A stretch of DNA of 64,000 bases. Origin: an uncultured Actinomycetota bacterium. Its GTDB lineage: Bacteria > Actinomycetota > Actinomycetes > Propionibacteriales > Nocardioidaceae. A model generated the notes under the pieces. It searched no databases, was not told where the DNA came from, and worked only from the letters and a program-made list of their open reading frames with translations. The position numbers and the translations under genes were made by a program. Location of the stretch: positions 96,926 to 160,925 of the forward strand of contig CAWKMT010000005.1 of assembly GCA_963850965.1 (NCBI GenBank). The letters are read 5' to 3'. Each line of letters begins with the position of its first letter. Positions within the stretch are counted from its first letter, which is position 1. Below, in pieces: positions 10,233-19,146 of the stretch.

Positions 10233-11696
10233 TCAGCTCCAGGTGTGGACCGGCTCGTTGGTGTGCATCCCCTCGCGGTACTCCAGCAGGGTCGCGCGCA
10301 GTGCGTCGTACCGGTCCTCGCGGCTACGGTCGGCCATCCGGTTGACGAACCACTCGGCGCCCGTGATCCCGGTGAGGCAGCGCTGCTCGATGATGCCGAG
10401 CAGCCGGTCGCGCACTTCCGGCTCGACGCCCCAGGCATCCAGCCCCTGGTGCGCCATCGGGAGCAGGCGTCGCAGGACCAGCTCGGTGGCCCGCACCTGG
10501 CCCACGCCGGGCCAGTAGATCTGGGCATCGACGCCTTGCTGGGCGGCGACGTGGAAGTTCTCCTCCGCGGCGCTGAAGGACATCTGTGACCAGAGGGGAC
10601 GCTCACTCTCCGCAACCGCCCGGACCAGGCCGAAGTAGAAGGCGGCGTTGGCCATGGTGTCGGCCACCGTCGGGCCGGCGGCGAGGAGACGGTTCTCGAC
10701 GCGCAGGTGCGGGATGCCGGCGGCGATGTCGTAGACGGGACGGTTCCAGCGGTAGATCGTCCCGTTGTGGAGCCGCAGCTCCGCGAGCTGGGGGGTGCCG
10801 CCGGACTCGAGGACCTCGAGCGGGTCCTCCTCCTCGGTGACCGGCAGCAGCGCAGGGAAGTACCGGACGTTCTCCTCGAACAGGTCGAAGACCGAGGTGA
10901 TCCAGCGCTCGCCGAACCAGACCCGGGGCCGGACGCCCTGCGCCTTGAGCTCCTCACTGCGCGTGTCCGTGGCCTGCTCGAAGAGCGGGATCCGTGTCTC
11001 GCGCCACAGCTGCTTGCCCAGGAGGTACGGCGAGTTCGCGCCGACGGCGAGCTGGACCGCCGCGATCGCCTGCGAGGCGTTCCAGTAGGCGGCGAACTGG
11101 TCGGGCGAGGTCTGGACGTGGAACTGGGTGCTCGTGCACGCGGCCTCGGGCACGATCGAATCGGCGGTCGTGTGCAGGGTCTCGGAGCCCGAGATGGAGA
11201 TCGTGATGTCCTCGCCGCGGGCGTTGAGGATCTGCTCACTCAGCAGGCGGTAGCGAGGGTTCGCGCTCAAGCTCGAGAGCCCCATGTGTCCCTCGGCGAG
11301 GGTCGGCAGGATGCCGATCATCACCAGGTGGGCACCGACCTCGGACGACTTGCTCTCGGCGTAGTTGAGGCTGCGTCGCAGCGACTCCTCGAAGGTGGTC
11401 AGGCCGCCCTCGCGCAGCTTGGCCGGCGGGATGTTGATCTCGATGTTGAACTGCCCGAGCTCGGTCTGGAAGTCGGGGTGCGCGATGGCGGCCAACGCCT
11501 CGGCGTTCTTGAGGGCGGGATCGCCCTTGTCGTCGACGAGGTTCAGCTCGAGCTCGAGCCCGGTCATCGGGTCGTCGGTGTCGAAGGCGGCCTCGCGCAA
11601 CATCCGGGCGAAGACGTCGAGACAGCGACGCACCTTCTCGCGGTGCCGCGTGCGGTCCGCCCGAGTGAACTCCTGCGCTTCCACCTCTTCGCCCAT
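10233..11696 (-). CDS. Glutamate--cysteine ligase family 2 (GCS2-like) protein
   Basis: GLELELNLVD, QTELGQFNIE, EAACTSTQFH, NGTIYRWNRPVY, LRVENR; TAGGGT-N6-ATG. Confidence 0.85.
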   Translation of the reverse strand: MGEEVEAQEFTRADRTRHREKVRRCLDVFARMLREAAFDTDDPMTGLELELNLVDDKGDPALKNAEALAAIAHPDFQTELGQFNIEINIPPAKLREGGLTTFEESLRRSLNYAESKSSEVGAHLVMIGILPTLAEGHMGLSSLSANPRYRLLSEQILNARGEDITISISGSETLHTTADSIVPEAACTSTQFHVQTSPDQFAAYWNASQAIAAVQLAVGANSPYLLGKQLWRETRIPLFEQATDTRSEELKAQGVRPRVWFGERWITSVFDLFEENVRYFPALLPVTEEEDPLEVLESGGTPQLAELRLHNGTIYRWNRPVYDIAAGIPHLRVENRLLAAGPTVADTMANAAFYFGLVRAVAESERPLWSQMSFSAAEENFHVAAQQGVDAQIYWPGVGQVRATELVLRRLLPMAHQGLDAWGVEPEVRDRLLGIIEQRCLTGITGAEWFVNRMADRSREDRYDALRATLLEYREGMHTNEPVHTWS

Positions 11697-11763
11697 GACG
11701 GCACCCTAGGTCACCGTTCAGGCAGCGTCGGCATGTCACACCGCGTCGGTCCCCCGACACGGC

Positions 11764-12747
11764 TCAGGCCGGGTCGTCGAGGAGGTCCGGCCCCGGCCAG
11801 GTCGAGGGAGGCACCGCCTGGATGAGGACACCGGCCACCAGCCCCGCGAGGCTGTGGTCGGGCTCGACCTCGGCGCAGCGATCGAGGGCGCACCACGCCA
11901 GGGCACCGTGGCCGGCCAGCCACGCAGCAAAGCCCAGGAGCGCGGCGGCCGCGGGCAGCAGGGGGTCCGGTGCCCGGCGGACGACGTCGGTCCAGAAGTG
12001 GACATGTGCTCGGGCGTTGTCGCGAGCCATCAGCGCCCACACCCCGTCGCGGACCACGATGTCGACCAGCGCACGCAGCAGACGCGCCACCTCGCGGTCG
12101 TCGAGCAGCCCGCCGTCCGCCACCCGAGCCGCGACCAACCCGCGGGCCCACGCCGTCTCCGCCGCCACTTGCCTCCTGCCGCCGGAGGTGGCGCCCAGCA
12201 CGGCGGACACGGCGCGCACCGCCGCAGCATCGGGGCGGAGGCTCGCGGCCAGGTCGTCGCGCGAGGCGTGGGTGACCCGCCCCTCGAGGACCGACTCGGC
12301 CGTGAAGTGGTGACAGCTCACGTCGTAGGGGGTGCCCGGATCGGGCCGATCGGGGTGCGCCCGCAGCAAGGGGAACCAGTGTGTCGCGTCGGCTCGCAGC
12401 ACCTCGGCCACCTCGACTGCTCCGGTCTCGAACGCGGTCACCAGGGACCACATCACCTCCTCGGAGAAGTCAGGATCGTCGGAGTAGACGATGAAGACGA
12501 CCCGTCGGACGCCGTGGTGCAGCGCGGGTCCCAGCAGCGCCGAGACCATCTCCGGGATCTCCGACTCGTGGTCGGGCAGGTCGACGCGGGCATGGAAGGT
12601 GCGCTCGGCGCCGAAGGTCAACATCACGACCGACTCCTCCGGGACGAAGCCGAGCACGATCGGGACGACGGCAAGAACGTCCTCGGGAGTGCGGGCGACC
12701 AGCGAGGTGGTGGACGGGGCGGGGGGCGGGGCGGGTGAGTTCGTCAT
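11764..12747 (-). CDS. DUF4192 family protein
   Basis: PEDVLAVVPIVLGFVPEESVV, VRDGVW, AFAAWLAGHGALAWCALDR patterns; start uncertain. Confidence 0.8.
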   Translation of the reverse strand: MTNSPAPPPAPSTTSLVARTPEDVLAVVPIVLGFVPEESVVMLTFGAERTFHARVDLPDHESEIPEMVSALLGPALHHGVRRVVFIVYSDDPDFSEEVMWSLVTAFETGAVEVAEVLRADATHWFPLLRAHPDRPDPGTPYDVSCHHFTAESVLEGRVTHASRDDLAASLRPDAAAVRAVSAVLGATSGGRRQVAAETAWARGLVAARVADGGLLDDREVARLLRALVDIVVRDGVWALMARDNARAHVHFWTDVVRRAPDPLLPAAAALLGFAAWLAGHGALAWCALDRCAEVEPDHSLAGLVAGVLIQAVPPSTWPGPDLLDDPA

Positions 12748-12928
12748 GGGCACGAGCCTCGGCGCTGTCATCGACCCTCGCCGTCCCGAGCACGAGCGCC
12801 TGTCGACAGCCCCGGTCGGGCGGTCCCCTGTGGGTCGCAGCCGGCCACGGGACGCTTCGCGGCGCAGGCGCGGTACTTTGCCGACCATGGCCTCCTTGCG
12901 CAGCCCGCACGACCCACGAGGTCGTTGA

Positions 12929-14266
12929 GTGCGCACCACCGCCTCCGTGCTCCACCTCGACCTCGACGCGTTCTTCGCGTCGGTCGAGCAGCGCGACAAG
13001 CCCTCGTTGCGAGGGAAGCCGGTCGTGGTCGGAGGCGTCGGGGGTCGGGGCGTCGTGGCCGCGGCGTCGTACGAAGCCCGGAAGTACGGCGTCCGCTCGG
13101 CCATGTCGACGCGCGAGGCGCGCTCGCGCTGTCCCCACGCGGCCTTCCTGTCCGGGCGCTTCCACGCCTACCGCGGGGCGAGCGTCGCGGTGATGACGCT
13201 GCTGCGCTCGGTCTCCCCGCTCGTGGAGCCGCTCTCGCTCGACGAGGCGTTCGTCGACCTGGCCAGGGCCGACCTCCCCGACCTGGAGATCGCCACCGTC
13301 ACGGCCTTCGGCCAGGAGCTGCGCGACCGGGTCCGCGAGGTGACCGGCGGGCTGACCGCCTCGGTCGGCATCGGCACCTCGAAGTTCATCGCCAAGGTGG
13401 CCAGCGACCTCGACAAGCCCGACGGCCTGGTCGTGGTGGCCCCCGGCACCGAGGTCGCGCTGCTCCGGCCGATGCACGTGACCGTGATCCCCGGCGTCGG
13501 GCCGGCGACGGCCGAGCGGCTCCGGCGCGCCGGCATCCACACCGTGGCCGACCTCGAGTCGGTGAGCCTCGACGAGCTCGTCCGGCTGGCCGGCAAGGCC
13601 CACGGCAACGGCCTCTTCCACCTCGCGCGCGCCGAGGACGACCGCCCGGTGGTCTCCGAGCGGGAGGCCAAGTCGGTCAGTGTCGAGGGCACCTACGACA
13701 CCGACCTCACCGACCGTCGACTGATGGAGGGGCTGCTGAGCCGCCAGGCCGGCGAGGTCGCCGTACGCCTGCGCAAGCACGGGCTCTCGGGGCGCACGGT
13801 GACGATCAAGGTCCGCCTCCACGACTTCACCACGCTCAGCCGGTCGAGCACCCTGGCCTCCCCCACCGACAGCACCGCCACCATCGCCCGGCTGGCGCGG
13901 GGACTGCTCACCGACCTGGACACCTCGGGCGGCGTCCGGCTGCTCGGGGTCGGCGTCTCAGGGCTCGCCGACTGGATCCAGGAGGACCTGTTCGGGGAGA
14001 CCACCGACGAGGACGACGACCTGCCCGAGGTGGAGGACCCACCGTCGGTACGACGCCAGACCTGGGCGCCGGGCATGGACGTCGTCCACACCGAACTGGG
14101 CCGGGGCTGGGTCTGGGGCTCCGGCCGAGGCGTGGTGACGGTGCGCTTCGAGACGGCCGAGACGCCGGCCGGACCGGTGCGCTCCTACCCCTCCGACGAG
14201 CCGGCGCTCAGCGCCTGGCTGCCGCCAGCGGCGGAGTCGGAACCCGGGCCCGAGCCCGCGAGCTGA
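12929..14266 (+). CDS. dinB: DNA polymerase IV (DinB1-type, Y family)
   Basis: LHLDLDAFFASVEQ, AASYEAR, SLDEAFVD, ASDLDKPDG; clamp motif QEDLF at 13979-13993; extra C-terminal domain. Confidence 0.95.
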   Translation: MRTTASVLHLDLDAFFASVEQRDKPSLRGKPVVVGGVGGRGVVAAASYEARKYGVRSAMSTREARSRCPHAAFLSGRFHAYRGASVAVMTLLRSVSPLVEPLSLDEAFVDLARADLPDLEIATVTAFGQELRDRVREVTGGLTASVGIGTSKFIAKVASDLDKPDGLVVVAPGTEVALLRPMHVTVIPGVGPATAERLRRAGIHTVADLESVSLDELVRLAGKAHGNGLFHLARAEDDRPVVSEREAKSVSVEGTYDTDLTDRRLMEGLLSRQAGEVAVRLRKHGLSGRTVTIKVRLHDFTTLSRSSTLASPTDSTATIARLARGLLTDLDTSGGVRLLGVGVSGLADWIQEDLFGETTDEDDDLPEVEDPPSVRRQTWAPGMDVVHTELGRGWVWGSGRGVVTVRFETAETPAGPVRSYPSDEPALSAWLPPAAESEPGPEPAS

Positions 14267-15096
14267 AATCGCACGGCATCACCGGGCCGGAGCTGCGCGC
14301 ACTGCCACAGGTCCTCCTCGTGCACGACCCCGAGCACGGGGTAGCCCCCGGTCGTCGGGTGGTCGGCGAGGAAGACCACGGGCTCCCCGGCCGGCGGCAC
14401 CTGCACCGCGCCGAGCACCATGCCCGCACTGGGCAGCTGGTCGTGACGAGCCCGTTCGAGTCGCGGGCCGGAGAGCCGCATCCCGACGCGGTTGGAGTCG
14501 GCGGCCACGACGTACGACGCCCGGCACAGGGTGTCGAGGGCTCCCGGGGCGAACCACTCGGTGTGCGGTCCCGGCGTGAGTCGCAGGGGTCCGAGCGTCG
14601 GTGGTCGAGGCGTGTCGTGGGGCTGCGGCTGGCGTCGTGGCGGTCCCACCGGGAGCACGGCCCCGGCCTCGACCCGCGGCGGCCCCACCCAGGCCAGGGT
14701 GTCGGTCGAGCGCGACCCGAGCACCGGATCCACGTCGATGCCGCCGGCGACCGCGACGTAGGTGCGCACCCCGACCTCCGGAGCCGCCAGTCGCAGGGTG
14801 GCGCCGGCCGGCAGCCACTGTGCGCTCCCGTGGCCGCTCGGTCTCTCGGCGATCCAGACCCGGCACCGGGCGCCGGTCACGGCCACCCAGTGCCCCTCCC
14901 GGGCGGTCAGCGACAGGCCGCCGAGGGTCACCTCGAGGACCGCGCACGCCACGTCGTTGCCGACCAGCCGGTTCGCGAGCGCAGCCGCAGGGGCGTCCAG
15001 GGCACCTGCCCTGGGTACGCCGAGGTGCGCCAGCCCGCGTCGCCCCTGGTCCTGGACCGTGGTCAGACTCCCCGCCTCCAACACGACCAGCGTCAT
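14185..15096 (-). CDS. pxpC: 5-oxoprolinase subunit C (biotin-dependent carboxyltransferase-like)
   Basis: TTVQDQGR, GVPRAGALD, ANRLVGN, LGSRSTD, SNRVGMRL, GAVQVPP, DHPTTGGYP. Confidence 0.9.
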   Translation of the reverse strand: MTLVVLEAGSLTTVQDQGRRGLAHLGVPRAGALDAPAAALANRLVGNDVACAVLEVTLGGLSLTAREGHWVAVTGARCRVWIAERPSGHGSAQWLPAGATLRLAAPEVGVRTYVAVAGGIDVDPVLGSRSTDTLAWVGPPRVEAGAVLPVGPPRRQPQPHDTPRPPTLGPLRLTPGPHTEWFAPGALDTLCRASYVVAADSNRVGMRLSGPRLERARHDQLPSAGMVLGAVQVPPAGEPVVFLADHPTTGGYPVLGVVHEEDLWQCAQLRPGDAVRFQLAGSGPGSDSAAGGSQALSAGSSEG

Positions 15097-15698
15097 CGCG
15101 GCACGAACCTCACGCGGGTGCCCGGCGCCAGCAGGGCCGGGGAGTCGCGGCTCGCGTCCCAGAGGGTGACCTCTGCGGTGCCCAGGATCTGCCACCCGCC
15201 CGGGGACGCCGAGGGGTAGACCGCGCACCACTCCCCTGCCAGCGCCACGGATCCGGCCGGCACCCGAGCCCGCGGCGAGTCGAGGCGTGGCACGTGCAGC
15301 TCGACCGGCAGGCCGGTGAGGTAGGCGAAGCCGGGCGCGAAGCCGCAGAACGCCGAGACGTACTCGACGCCCGCGTGCCTGGCCACTGCCTCGTCCCGGT
15401 CGACGCCCCACTGCTGCGCGACGCGGGTCAGGTCGGGTCCGTCGTACCGGACCGGGATCTCGACGAGGTCGCCGGCCCCGTCGAGATCCTCGTCAGGGGC
15501 CCAGGCCTCGAGGCGACCCTGCAGCGCGGCGAGATCCCCCACTCCGTCGAACAGGACGGTCCGGGCGCCCGGAACGATCTCCTCGACAGGCAGGTCGGCG
15601 GGCAGGGCCTGGCGGGCCCAGTGCGCCAACGCGAGCGCGGTCGCGGTGTCCTCGGTCTCGACCAGCAGCGCACGTCGGCCGACTGCGATGGAATGCAT
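15093..15698 (-). CDS. pxpB: 5-oxoprolinase subunit B
   Basis: IPVRYDGPDL, FCGFAPGFAYL, VPAGSVALAG, YPSASPGGWQILG; ATGA coupling to pxpC; own CAGACT-N7-ATG. Confidence 0.9.
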   Translation of the reverse strand: MHSIAVGRRALLVETEDTATALALAHWARQALPADLPVEEIVPGARTVLFDGVGDLAALQGRLEAWAPDEDLDGAGDLVEIPVRYDGPDLTRVAQQWGVDRDEAVARHAGVEYVSAFCGFAPGFAYLTGLPVELHVPRLDSPRARVPAGSVALAGEWCAVYPSASPGGWQILGTAEVTLWDASRDSPALLAPGTRVRFVPR

Positions 15699-15724
15699 GG
15701 CGCCCAGTCTGCCGGGAAATGGAC

Positions 15725-15761
15725 GAAGGGCTCCTGGCGGTATGAGCGTCAGGAGCCCTTC
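15725..15761. terminator. Hairpin terminator between pxpA and pxpB
   Basis: 12-bp perfect stem GAAGGGCTCCTG...CAGGAGCCCTTC. Confidence 0.7.
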
Positions 15762-15925
15762 AGGGCGACCGGTTCAGGTGACGTCCCGGTCCACCGGACT
15801 CACCCTCCGACCCCGCCGTCCCCGTCACCGGGCCGACGCGGCGAGTCTCCTCGCCGGGTGGATCTTCAAGCCTGTCCGATCCCCGTCTCGCTGCCAGCCG
15901 TGAGGCCGACCGAGAGTCGGTAGGG
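15725..15925 (-). ncRNA. Candidate ~200-nt structured small RNA (unassigned)
   Basis: Non-coding; upstream TTGCGG-N18-TAGAAC near-promoter; stems CCGAC/GTCGG, CGGCGAG-GAGA-CTCGCCG and GGTGACG/CGTCACC; ends in a terminator. Confidence 0.4.
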
Positions 15926-15990
15926 AGAGTTCTACGCGCCTTCCGGCAGGGTCCGCAAGGGGTTGGCCGACGTCGGCGCGACATTCCTCC

Positions 15991-16077
15991 GGTCCCACAG
16001 GATGGTCCACAGATCCGTCCCACTCATCCACAGGAATCGGGCGATCTCCACAGGGACCCGACTGGACCTGTGGAGGA
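15991..16077. repeat. Cluster of CCACAG / DnaA-box-like 9-mers
   Basis: GGTCCCACA 15991, TGGTCCACA 16003, TCATCCACA 16024, ATCTCCACA 16044, inverted TGTGGAGGA 16069. Confidence 0.45.
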
Positions 16078-16103
16078 GCGGTCCACGCCTCTCAGGGGCT
16101 CGC

Positions 16104-16802
16104 TCAGAGTCCGCGCAGCACGTGGCCGGCCGCCTCGAGCGCCCGACGTACGGCGGTGGCGGCCTCGACCGCGCCGGGATGATCACCGTGCACGCACAGC
16201 GAGTCGACCCGGCGACCCGCGGCGAGCTCGACCGCGCGGGCGGCGATGCGGGCACGGTCGGTGAGCACCGCACCCTCGGTGCCGCGCGGCAGCAGCCGGC
16301 CGTCGTCGGTGTAGCCACGGTCCGGGAAGCCCTCGCGCAGCGCGCGTCGGCCCGCCAGGACCGCCAGCCGGAGCAGGGCCCCGCCGGGGAGCCCGAGGAC
16401 CGGCAGGTCGGCAGAGCCCGCCAGCACGGCGGCCGCCTGGACCTCGTCGTCGAGGACGCGGTGGTAGAGCGCGCCGTGGGGTTTGACGTAGCGCACCGCG
16501 GTCCCGGCACCGCGGGCGATCTCGGAGAGGAGCCCCACCTGGTCGGCCACCTGCTCACGCAGCGTGTCCGCAGCGACGTCGTGGGCCACCCGGCCGAAGT
16601 TCTCGCGGTCGGCGTAGGAGACCTGCGCCCCCACCGAGACCCCGAGCCGGGCCGCCTCGGCGCACACCGAGCGCATGATGGCGGCGCTGCCGGCGTGGTA
16701 GCCACAGGCGACGTTCGCACTCGTCACGATGGCCAGGAGCGCCGTGTCGTCGGTGATCTCCTCGCCGAGGTCGGCGTTGAGGTCGAGGGGGACGGCGGGC
16801 AT
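16104..16802 (-). CDS. pxpA: 5-oxoprolinase subunit A (LamB/YcsF)
   Basis: DLNADLGE, SANVACGYHAG, YVKPHGALY, EGFPDRGY, SLCVHGD; TAGCGT-N6-ATG. Confidence 0.92.
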   Translation of the reverse strand: MPAVPLDLNADLGEEITDDTALLAIVTSANVACGYHAGSAAIMRSVCAEAARLGVSVGAQVSYADRENFGRVAHDVAADTLREQVADQVGLLSEIARGAGTAVRYVKPHGALYHRVLDDEVQAAAVLAGSADLPVLGLPGGALLRLAVLAGRRALREGFPDRGYTDDGRLLPRGTEGAVLTDRARIAARAVELAAGRRVDSLCVHGDHPGAVEAATAVRRALEAAGHVLRGL

Positions 16803-16835
16803 GGCCCGACGCTACCGAAGATAGGGTTCCCGGCC

Positions 16836-19037
16836 ATGGAGTCCTCCGCTCGACCGCCCCTCGCCGATCGTCGACCCGTCACCCGCGAGTACCACGGCGA
16901 AGCGCGCATCGACGACTACGACTGGCTCCGTGACAAGGAGTCACCCGAGGTGACGGCCCACCTCGAGGCCGAGAACGCCCACACCCAGGAGCGCACCGCG
17001 CACCTGTCCGGGCTGCGCCAGCAGATCTTCGACGAGATCAAGGCCCGCACCCTCGAGACCGACCTGTCGGTGCCCACCCGCAACCGCGGCCACTGGTACT
17101 ACGGACGTTCCTTCGAGGGTCGCGAGTACGGCGCCAGCTGCCGCGTCCCGATCCGCGGCGAGGACGACTGGACTCCCCCGCACCCCGCCGAGGACTGCTC
17201 GCCCGACGAGCCGGCGCTGCCCGGCGAGGAGCTGCTGCTCGACCTGAACACCCTCGCCGAGGGCCACGAGTTCTTCTCGCTCGGCGGCTCCTCGATCAGT
17301 CTCGACGGCACCCGGCTCGCCTACTCGACCGACGTCGTCGGCGACGAGCGCTACACGCTGCGGATCAAGGACCTCACCACCGGCCAGCTCCTCGACGACG
17401 AGCTCGTGGGCATCCTGGGCGGTGCCACCTGGGACCGCGCCGGCACCTGCCTCTACTACACGACGATGGACGAGTCCTGGCGTGCCGACAAGGTCTGGCG
17501 CCACCGCGTGGGCACTCCCCAGGCGGCCGATGTGCTCGTCTACGAGGAGGCCGACGCCCGCTTCTGGGTCGGCATCGGACGCAGCCGCAGCGACCGGTTC
17601 CTCATGATCGCGTCGGGCTCCAAGACCACCTCCGAGTACCGCTACCTCGACGTCGAGGCCCCGATGGCCGGCTTCCAGGTCTTCGCGCCCCGCGTCGAGG
17701 GGCTGGAGTACTCCCTCGACCACGCCGTCCTGGGCGGCCAGGACCGCTTCCTGGTCCTGCACAACCACACCGGTCCCGACTTCGAGCTGGCGCTCGCCCC
17801 CGCCTCCCCCACCTCGCCGGAGCGGTGGGAGCCCCTGGTCCCCCACGACGCCAGCGTGCGGCTCGAGGACGTCGACGCCTTCGCCACCCACCTCGTGGTG
17901 CACCAGCGCAGCGAGGGCCTCACCCAGCTGCGCGTGCTCGAGCTGGGCGACCAGCCCGAGCAGCCCGTCACCGACGACTACCTCGTGGAGTTCGACCAGG
18001 AGATCTACACCGTGGGCTCGGGCGGCAACCCGGGGTTCCACCAGCCGGTGATCCGGCTGGGCTACACCTCGATGGCGGTGCCGTCCTCGGTCTACGACTA
18101 CGACGTGCGCACCCGCGAGCTGACCCTGCTCCGACGTGCCCCCGTGCTGGGCGGCTACGACCCGAAGGACTACGAGGAGCACCGGCTCTGGGCTCCCAGC
18201 ACCGACGGCGTCCAGGTGCCGATCTCGATCGTCTGCCGGCGTGGTGCCCGCACCGAGGGTGAGCCGATCCCGGTCCTGCTCTACGGCTACGGCGCCTACG
18301 AGGCCTCGATGGACCCGTACTTCTCCGTGGCCAGGCTCTCGTTGCTCGACCGGGGCGCGGGCTTCGCGATCGCGCACGTGCGCGGCGGCGGAGAGATGGG
18401 GCGGCGCTGGTACGACGACGGCAAGCTCTTCCACAAGCAGAACTCCTTCTCGGACTTCATCGCCTGCGCTCGGCACCTCATCGCCACCGGCTGGACCACG
18501 CCCGACCATCTCGTGGCCGAGGGCGCGAGCGCGGGCGGCCTGCTGATGGGGGCCGTGGTCAACCAGGCTCCCCAGCTCTTCGGCGGGGTCGTGGCCGGCG
18601 TCCCGTTCGTCGACACGCTCACCTCGATGCTCGACGCCACGCTCCCCCTGACCGTCACCGAGTACGACGAGTGGGGCAACCCCGAGGCCGACCCCTCGGT
18701 CTATGCGTGCATCCGTGGCTACGCGCCGTACGACAACGTGATCGCGATGGACTACCCGCCGATCCTCGCCGAGACCTCCCTGCACGACACCCGGGTCCTC
18801 TACGTGGAGCCAGCCAAGTGGATCGCCAAGCTGCGCGCCACCGCGATCGGGCGACGCGACTTCCTGCTCCGCACCGAGATGTCGGGAGGGCACGGCGGGG
18901 TCTCGGGACGCTACAAGTCCTGGCACGACCGGGCCTTCACCCTGGCCTGGATCCTGGAGCGGATGGGCCTCGCCGAGCAGGCGCCCGGGGCGTCCCCGGC
19001 ACCCGTCGAGGAGTCCCCCGCGAGCCCGCTGCCCTGA
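16836..19037 (+). CDS. ptrB: Oligopeptidase B (S9A family)
   Basis: DDYDWLRD N-terminus, beta-propeller region, catalytic GASAGG, HDTRV and GGHGG. Confidence 0.9.
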   Translation: MESSARPPLADRRPVTREYHGEARIDDYDWLRDKESPEVTAHLEAENAHTQERTAHLSGLRQQIFDEIKARTLETDLSVPTRNRGHWYYGRSFEGREYGASCRVPIRGEDDWTPPHPAEDCSPDEPALPGEELLLDLNTLAEGHEFFSLGGSSISLDGTRLAYSTDVVGDERYTLRIKDLTTGQLLDDELVGILGGATWDRAGTCLYYTTMDESWRADKVWRHRVGTPQAADVLVYEEADARFWVGIGRSRSDRFLMIASGSKTTSEYRYLDVEAPMAGFQVFAPRVEGLEYSLDHAVLGGQDRFLVLHNHTGPDFELALAPASPTSPERWEPLVPHDASVRLEDVDAFATHLVVHQRSEGLTQLRVLELGDQPEQPVTDDYLVEFDQEIYTVGSGGNPGFHQPVIRLGYTSMAVPSSVYDYDVRTRELTLLRRAPVLGGYDPKDYEEHRLWAPSTDGVQVPISIVCRRGARTEGEPIPVLLYGYGAYEASMDPYFSVARLSLLDRGAGFAIAHVRGGGEMGRRWYDDGKLFHKQNSFSDFIACARHLIATGWTTPDHLVAEGASAGGLLMGAVVNQAPQLFGGVVAGVPFVDTLTSMLDATLPLTVTEYDEWGNPEADPSVYACIRGYAPYDNVIAMDYPPILAETSLHDTRVLYVEPAKWIAKLRATAIGRRDFLLRTEMSGGHGGVSGRYKSWHDRAFTLAWILERMGLAEQAPGASPAPVEESPASPLP

Positions 19038-19063
19038 GAACTCCCTGAGAGTTGGAAGTGCGT

Positions 19064-19089
19064 GCAACTCTGACCAATCCTCGAACGTC
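19064..19089 (+). promoter_or_regulatory. ECF sigmaE-type promoter upstream of hrdD-like gene
   Basis: GCAAC-N17-CGTC, matching the Streptomyces sigmaE-type hrdD promoter pattern. Confidence 0.55.
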
Positions 19090-19120
19090 CTTTGTTACGA
19101 ACACTCCATACATCCCACCG

Positions 19121-19146
19121 GGAATCTCCGGGTACTACGGGACGTT
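19121..19146 (+). promoter_or_regulatory. ECF sigmaR/SigH-type promoter upstream of hrdD-like gene
   Basis: GGAAT-N18-GTT exact match to the sigmaR consensus. Confidence 0.65.

Noticed and set aside
12750-12928. LexA (SOS) box before dinB
   Set aside because: No TCGAAC-N4-GTTCGA-like palindrome found
15963-16835. N-terminal extension of the 1024-aa ptrB ORF
   Set aside because: Overlaps pxpA on the other strand; peptidase homology starts at ATG 16836
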